From assembly GCA_951406725.2 (NCBI GenBank), contig OX597821.1, positions 78,182,001 to 78,246,000 on the forward strand: a DNA stretch of 64,000 nucleotides. The letters run 5' to 3'. The translations under genes were made by a program, and so were the position numbers. Every line of letters begins with the position of its first letter. Within the stretch, counting starts at the first letter, position 1. The notes beneath the pieces are model-generated. The model had not been told where the DNA came from and searched no databases. It saw only the letters and a program-made list of their open reading frames with translations. This DNA is from Octopus vulgaris (Eukaryota). Positions 42,653 to 54,165 of this stretch are shown here, in pieces.

Positions 42653-42932
42653 TAAAACCGACCCCAAAATCAGTGACAAGCTAGAACACTAACAAGTTTT
42701 TTTTCTGAAGCGGAAGTGAACACAGCATGGACTTTGTCTTCTTACCCTATTAGAGGATTTAAGTAAAATTATACAAATGTGTCCGACTGGTTCAATTAAT
42801 TCTATTTATTCATTTATGCAACTGAAGACAACTCTGCATTTAAATTGATGTAATGATTGCATTGTTCAATTGAATGGAGTCACTTGAAACAATCGTACTG
42901 CATCACCTCTGGAAATCCTGTTGCTTATTTTG

Positions 42933-43021
<89 letters not shown>

Positions 43022-43540
43022 AAGAGAGAGACAGAGAATGAGAGAGAGAGACAGAGAAAGAGAGAGGGTATTGTAGTTCGCACGAAGCATTGTGTATTGT
43101 TTGTAAAGAATATAAAGTTTTGAATGGTACAACAATGCACTATAATACAAACAATGGACTATATACCTGTTGTAATTTAGTCATCCTTTGGGTCTAATCT
43201 GGATCGTGTTGCCATTCTTGTATAAAAGAAGAGAAAATAATACATAACTTAGAAACAGCGCTACAGATATACCAACACACACGAGATTGAGAATTGGCTG
43301 ACCTCACGCATTTCTCAAGAGGAATTCTTGTGAAGGAGCTTCGTGAGACCACTGCTAAGACGCTTTCGAAAGAAGAAGAGCTGTTGGAAAACCGATTATA
43401 GCCGCGACTCCATCTAAGAATATCTGAATAAGGAATTTTATTCCGAAATATCATCAGACTATGTATAACTAAATTACAACAGGTATATAGTCCATTGTTT
43501 GTATTATAGTGTATTGTTGTACCATTCAAAGCTTTTTATT

Positions 43541-43587
<47 letters not shown>

Positions 43588-43761
43588 TCGTTAGCCACTA
43601 CACACATTTTTTATTCTCCTTGTTTTTTTTTCTGTGTCCCTTTCTGTAGAAGAGCGTAGGCTGGAAACGTAAAATACTTTTTCTATTCCTGAGCGTTATA
43701 CTAATACATAAGTTTGTTTTGTACACCACCTGTCTTCGTCTTTTGTTTTTTCGTAAACTCT

Positions 43762-43796
<35 letters not shown>

Positions 43797-43805
43797 TATA
43801 TATAT

Positions 43806-44175
43806 ACTAGCAGTATCGCCCGGCGTTGCTCGGGTTTGTAAGGGAAATAACTATAAAGCATTTTTAGATAGTTATAGCCAAAAAATTGGGAAAAAATGAT
43901 GGTAAATTTTTTTTTTAGTTAAAAAGGTCGATGTGCGTCCCCTAGACAGTCTGTGGTTTGTGTTTCTGATTCTCGACCCCATGTCGAATTTATCGATTTT
44001 TTTCAGAACTGGGGGAACTTTTCAAAATTTTCGCTGCGTTAGTTTTGAATTATGACATTGGGCTATGTGTGTGTCAAGTTTCATCAGAATCGGTTGAAAG
44101 CCGTGGTCAGGGTGAGGGTACAAGCAAACAGACACACAGAAACACACACAGACAAACTGCCGTTTATATATAGAG
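43806..44175 (+). mobile_element. DINE-1/HINE-like non-autonomous Helitron/Helentron-type element
   Basis: Starts actagcag followed by hairpin cccggcgttgctcggg, ends acagacaaactgccgtttatatatag; inserted in (TA)n. Confidence 0.6.
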
Positions 44176-44199
44176 AGATATATATAGATATATATATAC

Positions 44200-44234
<35 letters not shown>

Positions 44235-44705
44235 GAGGGAGAGAGAGAATATTTACCCTTTCCACAGATTACAGAATTGAATCACACACGCTTCTTACAA
44301 ATGCTTTTTTTTCTTTTCTTTCCAGTTTTGTTTTATGTTTTCTAGGTTTGCTAATTACTAATTGCATTTATTAATTACTTTTACCTTCTGCAAACAGCGC
44401 AAAGAGATCTAAAATCTATCTTGTAAGAAAATAATTAGTACGTCAGTAAGTATATTTTTACAAACACACATACACACACGCATGCACACACAAACGCACA
44501 CACACACACACACCACACACACACACGCACTATATATATATATATACATACTATTCATGCATACACACATATTCGCGCGCACACACACACATATATATAC
44601 ATACAAACGCATACCCGCATACACACACATATAAATATTATTTCTATACAAACATACAAAAGTACAATTATATGCACTCAAAGCAAAATGATATATTTTA
44701 CATAC

Positions 44706-44815
44706 TACCAAAGCCTTTGTAATGCATTACGTAGTTTCCATTATTCTTTTTGGCCTCCATCAAGTTAGTAGAATTCTTTCCTCCCCAAGTCATGTGAAAA
44801 TTCGGTTCGCTGAAA
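44706..44815 (-). CDS. Gene B coding exon 4 (NFSEPNFHMTW...NLMEAKKNNGNYVMHYKGFG)
   Basis: attag acceptor (an in-frame tttcag 6 nt downstream is an alternative), A|gtatgt donor, 110 nt, open. Confidence 0.8.
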
Positions 44816-45289
44816 CTAATATATTACAACGATACATTTAATAAACTTCATCATAATGAAAACTTGAACTACTATGTTTACGACAAACAGTTCTGCTTAA
44901 TTTATTCGAAGAGTTTATTTTTCACCTTTCAGATTATTGAATGTGTCATACCCACTTTATGGTTTACGATAACTCTAATAACTTAGATAACTTTGATAGG
45001 TTTCGGACAGTATAGGCCCAGGCCATGTCTAACTTTATAGCACCACCTGGTGAAGTCTTGTCATATAGAGTGGGCACCATGGCCCACTCTAGCAAAGAGT
45101 TATTATTGTTGGAGACATATCCGAATGTAAGAGTTTGGTCCAGGATTAAAAAAAAAATGTCCACTGAACATTTAAAAATTTTATGGGATCCGTTTCCGTT
45201 TTGACGTATATTGGTATGGTATTCAAGAGAGCTGGACCGTTTGAGGTAAACTATTTGTGACGTAATGTTGCCATGTCTCCTGAAGTCGA

Positions 45290-46550
45290 GATCTGTAATG
45301 GGCGGATAGCACGGGGGTCAAGTCTTGGGTGGATTTTAAAATTGATACCAACATCATTTGTGCAATATTGATGGAATATTTTCCACATCACACAAATGAT
45401 GCAGCGCTCTCGGCGGCGTTGGAGAGAGAAGAGATTGAGTTTTTTTTAGTCGATCCCAATAGTCAGTGCATCTCATGCCGTCTATCTTTCTTGTTATTGA
45501 CCTCTGGAATGCATCCATTTCCATAATGAGTTGCTTCGTATGGGGGAGGGGACCACATTGCGCAACAGTATTCAAGGTGGGGTCGGGCAAAGTTAGAGTA
45601 GAAAAGAATGATGGTGTAGGCATCTCTAGACCGGAAACTTCCCAGAATCCAGGAGCATATTTTATGGGCCAAGTCAACATTGCTCTTTACGTAGGAACTC
45701 CAGCTTAGATTGTCCCCAAGACTTACTCCACGGCCTCTGGTGCTGTTTGATGACACTAGGGAGTCACTCAAGGGAAGAGTATATGGTAATTTCAGAGTAT
45801 CCTCTTTTCCAAAGTGGAACAAACCAAACTTGTCTTTATTTAGAAGCATATTACTTTTTTCCATCCATTGGACCACAGCAAACAGATTTGACTGAAGTCA
45901 TGCTCGATCTCCCATACCGTTTATGGCTTCTTGGAGTTTGAAATCATCTGCAAAGATATTCAATGTAGAATGTTTGATGACGTCTACTATGTCATTGAGG
46001 TAGATAATGAAGAGGAGTGGGGCCCAACACAGCACCTAGTGGGACACCACTAATGACTTTGGCTGAGCCAGATCGTGTTCCCTGAAGTACATGTTGGGTT
46101 CTGTTGGTCAGGAAACACTTTATCCACTGCAGCAGTTTTCCACGGACTCCAATGTTGGACAGTTTCTTCAGTATGATTTTGTGGTCCACTCTGTCAAATA
46201 CCTTGCCGAAATCAAGACATATGACGTCAGGTATGGAGCCGTCTCCCAACGCTTTTAAGATATCATCAAAATGGTGCAGTAGCTGCAACAAACAGTCCCT
46301 GCCATCACGGAAACGATACTGGTTGGGGTTCAGTAGATTGTTGTCTTCGAGGAAATGAGTTATTCACTATCTCACCACCCTCTCAAATACTTTAATGATA
46401 TGAGAGGTGAGTGAAGTCGCACGGTAGTACACTGCAAGAGATTTCTTTCACTTCTTGAAGACTGGATCGACATACTGCGAAAGAAGATGATCAGGAATGT
46501 AGCCAGCATCAAGTGAGTTTCTCCAGAGCTCAGCTAGAAGGGGTGCAATT
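45290..46550 (-). mobile_element. CR1/L2/Jockey-group LINE RT fragment, decayed
   Basis: DVICLDFGKVFDRVDH, SGVPLGAVLGP, IFADD and RPHLEYC..WSP motifs with frameshifts. Confidence 0.88.
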
Positions 46551-46873
46551 TAATGTTGACATAATAGGTATAAATGATGTGTAGTTGAGTAAATCAGATA
46601 GTGTTTTGATCAAAAGGCATTCCCGCTATGACAAACCCGTCATACTACTTTGTGAGACGGAATGTATGGAGGGTCACATCGACTAATGATGGTAGATTGT
46701 TATCTGAGTGGAATGAGTGGAAAAATCACTCAGATTATTGTAGAAAATAAGATATTCCATCACTTTCCTATTAATAGGATAACCTAAATTTTGAAACCAA
46801 AGAATATTGTCAAACTTCTGTTTGCTGCTGTGATTTGAGAAAAGAGGGTTAACGAAGCAATTCCAAGGGATAT

Positions 46874-47168
46874 GGGCATATGACGTAGTGGTTAAGAGCG
46901 CGGACTACTAAACCCAAGATTCCGAGTTCAGTTCCATGCAGTGACCTGAATAATAATAATAATAATAATAATATAATAATAATAATAATAATAACATCGA
47001 AAAATACCTTAGGAATGAGAACCCAGGTTCGAAATTTCCCCAAGAAACCTGATGAAGGCTGGAGGGTATATCAGCTGAAACGTTGTGCTAACAACAAACA
47101 AGATGAGGACAAATATCCGTCAAATGTAAATAATGTACATAATTCACCATCTCTTAAATATAGAACTG
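46874..47168 (+). mobile_element. tRNA-headed SINE with (AAT)n spacer and hammerhead-like tail
   Basis: tgacgtagtggttaagagc A-box, gagttcagttcc B-box; CTGATGA aggctg...cagct GAAAC GTT at 47049-47084. Confidence 0.65.
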
Positions 47169-47169
47169 T

Positions 47170-47700
47170 ATACCCTTTTTTTAGCCAAGGCTAGGATTTT
47201 GTTCCTCGTGCATCTTCATCGGTTCTCCGAAATTGACCATGCAGACGTTTCTCTTCAATTTGTCAAACGTCTTCTCTTTGAATTTCATTCTTGCCCTTTT
47301 CTCCTATTCCACACTTGATCACCTGTTCCTTATTCACTGCCTTCAGTAGTTTCTCTGTGTTATTCTGTAAACGTCCTAGTAGGCTTTTTCATTCCATCTA
47401 TATACACTCTTCCACGGCAATTAAGTCTCTTCCACTCTGGTCTCCCTTTAGGTACAGCCGGCTGAATCAGATTTCGGATAGTGAAGTTTCTCTGATATTT
47501 TTGGTCCCGACCAACTCCATATCTGATTAGGGGAATTGCTCTTGCATTTACTGCTTCAATAATATTTTTTGCATTCAGCTTTGTCTGCAACAATATTCTC
47601 TCTCTACTCGCATACTATCTACTGATAATTTGTTTAATTTCATCATGTTTTATTTCGCATGCTTCTAGTATTCCCAAGTACTTATACCATTGTCCTTTCT
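47170..47700 (-). mobile_element. Decayed R4/Dong-like LINE fragment
   Basis: YKYLGILEA...LQTKLNAKNIIEAVNARAIPLIRY. Confidence 0.75.
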
Positions 47701-48289
47701 CAACCAATTTCTTTTTTTTCTTTGCTCATTTGACATTTCAGTTCCCTGGCTCGCTGCAAAGCTTTCCCGTATGTATAAGATTTTCAAGCCGTTTCTCATT
47801 TTACGCATAAATATCTATATCATCCATAAAAAGGTGATGATTTACCTGACCACATTATTTTCGGAAATCGTAAGCTATTTTAACTTTACATGATGTCAAA
47901 TTGAGCGGTATCGTGGCCAATACAACTACTGCTGGACATAAGCTAACATCTTGAAATATTCCACGTCTAATGTTCACTTTTTCAAGTCTTTATTTTCTTC
48001 CAATCAATTCAGTGTTCCAATGTTTCATACTTTCATTAAGTATTCTTTCCATATTTCTGCAATTACAAACACGCTCATGGTTTTATCCAACTGCATCGTA
48101 CAACTGATATAGCGTTTGCACTTTCACCGCTTCATTAAGTTCCATAAATCTGCGTCTACCATTTTATCAGCTATTAAGTTTCCGGATAATTCTTGTCAAA
48201 CCCAACAAACGTTTTTTCCCCAGATTAAAGGTTGCACCTACTCTAGATTTAAGGCATGTTATTAAGTTGTCTAACGATCGAGAATTTTA

Positions 48290-48930
48290 TGCCATTGGCA
48301 CATGATCAAAGCGCACCAGGCTGGTCACATCACGGAGAAATCAGACAGGCTGTTATATCTAATTTCCTTGAACGTTTCCTTATGGAGGATGAGTGTTGGG
48401 TCAATCACTTTGTGCTAGAAAGTGGTAACACTCTTCTCAGATGCTTCAAAGAAGGTCAACGTAATTTCATTTGCAAGGGACGTGATGACCTCCGTTGTTT
48501 GAGGATGCGAAAGGTATTGTGCTTATTGATTATCTTCCAAAATGGCCAAACTATTAATTGAAATTACTAGGCTAACTTAGTGAGGCTGTTAGGAAAGAGT
48601 GTCAAAATCAAACTCTGAAGAAAACTGACGTATGGGGTCTTGTTTCATGAGGACAATGGTCCATCATACAAATTCTTACTTTCAACTGCCGCTGAGCGGA
48701 AGTGTGGCTTTGAACTGGTTGATTAACTTTTCTATTCTCCGGATTTGATCCCATCGAACTATCATTTGTCCCCTAACTTAAAAATAATCGGGTGGGAACC
48801 AGTATCACAGTCTTGGTAACGTCATAGCTGTTGTTGATGTCTATTTTAAGCAACAGGATAGAAGCTTCTTCACCAATGAAATCCAAGTACTGCAACACCA
48901 ATGGCAATAGTGTGTAGCCTGCAAGGAGAA
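48290..48930 (+). mobile_element. Highly decayed mariner transposase remnant
   Basis: MEDECWVNHF, LFHEDNGP and YSPDLIPSNYHL motifs. Confidence 0.65.
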
Positions 48931-49240
48931 GCATGCAGAACAATAAACTTTATTTGGTCACAGGCTATGAAAATGGTGATGTGTGAATCGGCAAGGTGTC
49001 AAAACAACAAAGGGTGTGTTAGTTTCTTCCTTAACCTCTTGAGTGCGAAATTCCACGAGGCCATACTTGCCATTCATCATTCTAGCGCAAATAAAATAAT
49101 ACATGTTAATTACTGAAGTCAATAAAATCACCTTCAACCATCTCTAAAAATGTGTGATTATTCTTTGGCAATGCGATAATTATTATTGTTATCATTAAAT
49201 AATTGAAAATGTTAATAAATAATAATGAGATAATATATAC

Positions 49241-49389
49241 TTATTGTTGAATGTGATTGTCAGTGAAATATTTTCGTTAGGAAATGGATGAGAAATGACT
49301 CTATCTTCTTGGTACCACGATGTAGAATTTGTCCCTTTTCCATCGAAAATGAATGTGCGAATATTAGGAGTGTTCAGCCGAAATGCCAC
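49241..49389 (-). CDS. Gene B coding exon 3 (VAFRL...FIFDGKGTNSTSWY...TFNN)
   Basis: tttgcag acceptor, AA|gtatat donor, 149 nt, open. Confidence 0.85.
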
Positions 49390-49622
49390 CTGCAAATAGA
49401 AAGTTGATGGGGATTCATAAACAGTCTAAGAGTTAGACAACAGTGATTTGCAGAAAGAGAAAGAAGATAAGGATGAGATATAGTAAGGGAGAAGAAGAAC
49501 AAGAAAGAGATAGAGAGAGGAGGTGGAGAACAGTGACACTTAAACCACAAGAGAGTTCTAAAACAAAGTAGAAAAAGTTTAGAAGAGTAGCAGCGAAAGT
49601 GAGAGGGTGAAAGAGAGAGAGC

Positions 49623-49671
<49 letters not shown>

Positions 49672-50778
49672 GGAAAATAGTAATAGATGAAATGCAAGAT
49701 GGTTATAGAGGGAGTGAAAGAGTTTGAGTTTAAGAGAAAAATGTTCATGCCTTAAAACTGAAAATCGGATTACTAACAAATGAGGCATGATATCGGAATC
49801 ACTGCAATAATCCGGTTGCATCTATTGAAAGTACAAATCCCGACAAAAGCAATAACCAAAGGACAAAAACAGCAAGAATCAATCCCACATCAATGTAATA
49901 TTGATATTCGTAAACTTCGACATCAATTTCATTCTCCACCACTTTTTATTACAATACAAATCCAACATTGTTTCCTTGCTGAAATACAATCATCTCAATC
50001 TGTATTCGTCTGCCCGAAATTCATGTTTGCTAAACTCTTTATCGTATAAACACTCATCATTCTCACTCCCATCTTAGCAGCTGAAACTTCTTGCTATCCT
50101 GCTCTTCAAACTCCTGAAATCAGTTTTCATGTTTGTTCCGATGTTCGCAATTTCTTCGAAACATTGCGCCTATTTTACACTAACGCACCAACAGAGAGTT
50201 TGAATCGTTCGTCTTTCTGATAAGTTTATACATCTTCTTTTTATAATAACATTGAGTTATTCTTGGTCAACACACCGAATCAGTCTCCATAAACTCTTGG
50301 TTATGTTGTTGTCAATGAACTCATCATGTCTTTGATTGGACGTTTGGCACAAAATTTTATCGTCATTGGAATGATAAAATGTCGACCTCGAAGGAATAAT
50401 AACTGAGAATAACTTCAATTAAATACTTTTAACACCGAAATGCTAACTACAAGATGGAAAGACATTGGAACTGAAAGTCAATGTTTATCAACAGAAGAGT
50501 ATCATCTTAAGAAAGATTCTCGAGACCTGAGGAGATTTCTTATTACCAAGCCTTAAGAATAGTTATGAAAACAGCTTTAGAAAATGAGGGCAAAAAGCAA
50601 CTAGCAGCTTCAGCTGCAAATCGAACTTTGTACATCTGCAGCAACTTCTAGGCAGGGTAGGGGTATTTTACCCGTTTTTCTTAAGCAGTTTTCACAGCTA
50701 TTCTGCTGCGTTCGCGATTTCCTTCATTTCTAAAAAAATAATTCAGCTCACCTAGATTTTTAATGTCTGCTTATTTAT

Positions 50779-50850
<72 letters not shown>

Positions 50851-51294
50851 TTCTGCTCAATACCACAGATTTGCTTGTCAGTTGTTTGACCTTAACCAGT
50901 TGAGCATGTCCCTTAGTGGCTGACGATATGTGCATCTCTGATCACGAGCAGAAGTAGTGGGGGAGCATCATAGCCATGTGTTGAGAGGGATTCTTTGGGG
51001 TTTGAATAATTCACCTCTAGAAACATGGGTGTTTCGTTCAACGTCCTTAAACAACCCTTATTCAGGGACCTTTTGAGCGGGATGGGTTACTCGATCTGAA
51101 GAAAATTCTAACTGGGCTCCACCTGCAAGGTCATGTGCTGTTTATTTTGATATGAGATCACCATGTCGCGCACATATGGTTGTGATGCATGTGCCTGGTG
51201 TACCCTTATCAGACGGGTAGTCATGATGGGTATACTGGGCTTCGTATATTTTACCCCAATGTCACTTTGATGGCATGCTCTGCTCGCTCACTCA

Positions 51295-51339
<45 letters not shown>

Positions 51340-51362
51340 TTGATAATAATAATAATAATAAT

Positions 51363-52372
51363 AGGACTTATTGAATGTGAACAAATCATTAGAGCAGAAG
51401 AAAACAACAAAGCATGGTACGTAAAAAATTCCACAGAACCGCTATTATTAGATGTAAGAAGGTCAGACCAGTGTAGAGTGAAAGATTTCAAAGATAAAGC
51501 ACTGTACAAGCAATTGAAAACGAATGAAACTGAAAATAGGTGGGTAAAGAAAAGAATGCATAGACAATTTCGTAGGGATGTTGAAGATAAGACATACAGA
51601 GAGAAAAGATGGCTGTGGATGATTAAAAGTGATTTGAAAACGGAAACAGAGGCTCTAATCTGTGCTGCCCAAAAGAAAGCACTAAGAACAAACTACATAA
51701 AATACAGAATAGACAACACATCATAAAGTGATAAGTGCAGAATCTGTGGACAAAATTATGAATCTCTATGGCATTTTACCAGCCAATGTACGCCACTATC
51801 CCAGAAGTAATGTAAGAGACGCTACGACAATATAGCCAGGCTTGTCTATTGGACACTTTGCAACAAGTATGGACTTGACAGAGCAAAAAATTGATACGAT
51901 CACAACCCAAAGGCATTGTTGAAAATAGAAATGCAAAGATCCTATGGGATTTTATGATTCAGTGCGACCATGAGATAGAGAATAGGAAGCCGGCATAGTC
52001 GTAATTGAGAAAGAAAACAAACTATGCTGAATCATAGATATAGCATGCCCAGCTGGCAACAAGGTATGCGATAAGGGAGAAAGAAAAGTTGAGAGATATG
52101 GGAAGTTTAGCCGTTGTGGTCGATGAAAAAAGTAGCAGTAGTACCAATTATTGTCGGAGCCCTGGGAACAGTCAGTAAAAGTCTTGAGAAGTACGTGGAA
52201 GAAATAGGGGCTGCAATAAGGGTGTAGCACTTGCACAAAACAGTACTGCTTGGAACCGCTCTAATACTCCGGAAGGTGCTCGAAAAATATGAGGTGTTAC
52301 CTTAGTTCACTGGTAGTGAACAGCTGACACTGTAGTACATGTCCAGCGTTAGAAGATGTGGAAAGGCAATAA
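51363..52372 (+). mobile_element. R4/Dong-clade LINE 3' fragment (same family as 10676-12334)
   Basis: DLKTETEALICAAQ, CRIC knuckle and a matching 3'UTR; both ends in (AAT)n. Confidence 0.88.
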
Positions 52373-52489
52373 AATTGCAATAATAATTATAATGTCTATG
52401 AGAAGGAATACAGTACTCTGATTTCAAAACTGGAGTAGATAGGACTCCATAGTCAAAGTGGTCATGTCCGACTCCTTCGCGAAACCAAA

Positions 52490-52715
52490 GCTATGATAAA
52501 AAATATTCAGACAAATACATAACAAAAACACCAGGACTTACAAATATATACAACATACAGAATATTGCACTACTGGGCACTGCACACATCCTACGCATAA
52601 CACTTTCAATACAGTAACCATCAGAGCATCACAAAAAATCACAGCACATACCCAAGGCACACAGAGCTGCGCTCGGTAGTGAAGAGAAAACACGCTATAA
52701 AATTAAAACTACTGA
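52490..52715 (+). mobile_element. R4/Dong LINE extreme 3' end (near-identical to 53440-53665)
   Basis: IALLGTAHILR C-terminus and 3'UTR followed by (AAT)n. Confidence 0.8.
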
Positions 52716-52727
52716 ATAATAGTAATC

Positions 52728-52780
<53 letters not shown>

Positions 52781-52802
52781 TATGATGATGATGATGATGG
52801 TA

Positions 52803-52866
<64 letters not shown>

Positions 52867-53145
52867 TGATGATGATGAAACGGGTGTTTCAGTCATCATC
52901 CTTATAACAAATTTTCAGGGATCTCTTGAGGAAAATAGGATACTAACCCGAAGGAAAATATAACTGGGCCCCTCCTGTAAGGTCATGCACAGTTTATCTC
53001 GATGTAAGATCACCATTTCGCGTACATATGGTTGTGATGCCTGTACCTGATGTAACATTACCAGACGGGTATTCAAGATTGGTATATTAGGCTTATTATA
53101 TTTGTATCACTTTGATGACATACGCTGTTCCCTCAATCAATAAAT

Positions 53146-53256
<111 letters not shown>

Positions 53257-53261
53257 TAATA

Positions 53262-53665
53262 ATTGTCAGAGATCGTGAAGAAAAAAATGCTTTCTAATTG
53301 ATGTATCAATACAAGTAGATGACAACGTGTCTCTAAAAGAAATGGGGAAACTCTCAAAATACAATGACCTGGAAATAGAGGTAACTCGAATGTGGAATCT
53401 AAAAACAAAAACAATTCCTATCATAGTAGGTGCATTACGCATGATAAAAAAATATTCAGAGAAATACATAGCAAAAACACCAAGACTTACAAACACATAC
53501 AACATACAGAAAATTGCACTACTAGGCACTGCACACATCCTATGCAAAACACTTTCAATACAGTAACCATCAGAGCATCACAGCAAACCACAACACATAC
53601 CCAAGGCACACAGAGCTGCGCTCGGTAGTGAAGTGAAATCACATAATAAAAATAGAACTACTGAA
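53262..53665 (+). mobile_element. R4/Dong LINE 3' end
   Basis: KLSKYNDLEIEVTRMW...PIIVGAL...IALLGTAHIL; preceded by (AAT)n. Confidence 0.85.
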
Positions 53666-53679
53666 TATTAATAAATATG

Positions 53680-53789
<110 letters not shown>

Positions 53790-53805
53790 TATAATAATAA
53801 TAAAA

Positions 53806-54165
53806 TTATCGACCCATAACCTGCTTAACAACAACGTATAAAGCGCTAACATTTGTCCTGACTGAATATACTTATAGTTCTTTAATAGAAAGCAGCATAT
53901 TCCCTAATGGACAAAAAGGATGTAGACGTGGATCTTGTGGTTGTAAAGATCAGCAACTCATCAATAAGATGATCTTAGAAGATTGTCACAAACGACACAA
54001 ACATTTGTCAATAGCCTGGATAGACTATAAAAAAGCTTTTGATAGCCTACCACCTAGCTGGATTAAGAAATGCCTGGAAATGTATAAAATAGCTCCTACT
54101 CTGCGAAACATTTTGTCTGTAAGTATGAGATCATGAAGAACCACACTGACTTTGAATAGTGACTA
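53806..54165 (+). mobile_element. R4/Dong LINE RT fragment
   Basis: YRPITCLTT, QKGCRRGS.GCKDQ and AWIDYKKAFDSLP motifs; starts at (AAT)n. Confidence 0.8.

Larger units (their letters stand above)
41912..42654. mobile_element. 364-bp HHR-bearing repeat unit: one permuted tandem copy plus one inverted copy
   Basis: aataaatctctgaacgaggtataaa recurs 364 bp apart (tctctg at 41921 and 42285); 42302-42654 is the reverse complement of the same unit. Confidence 0.8.
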
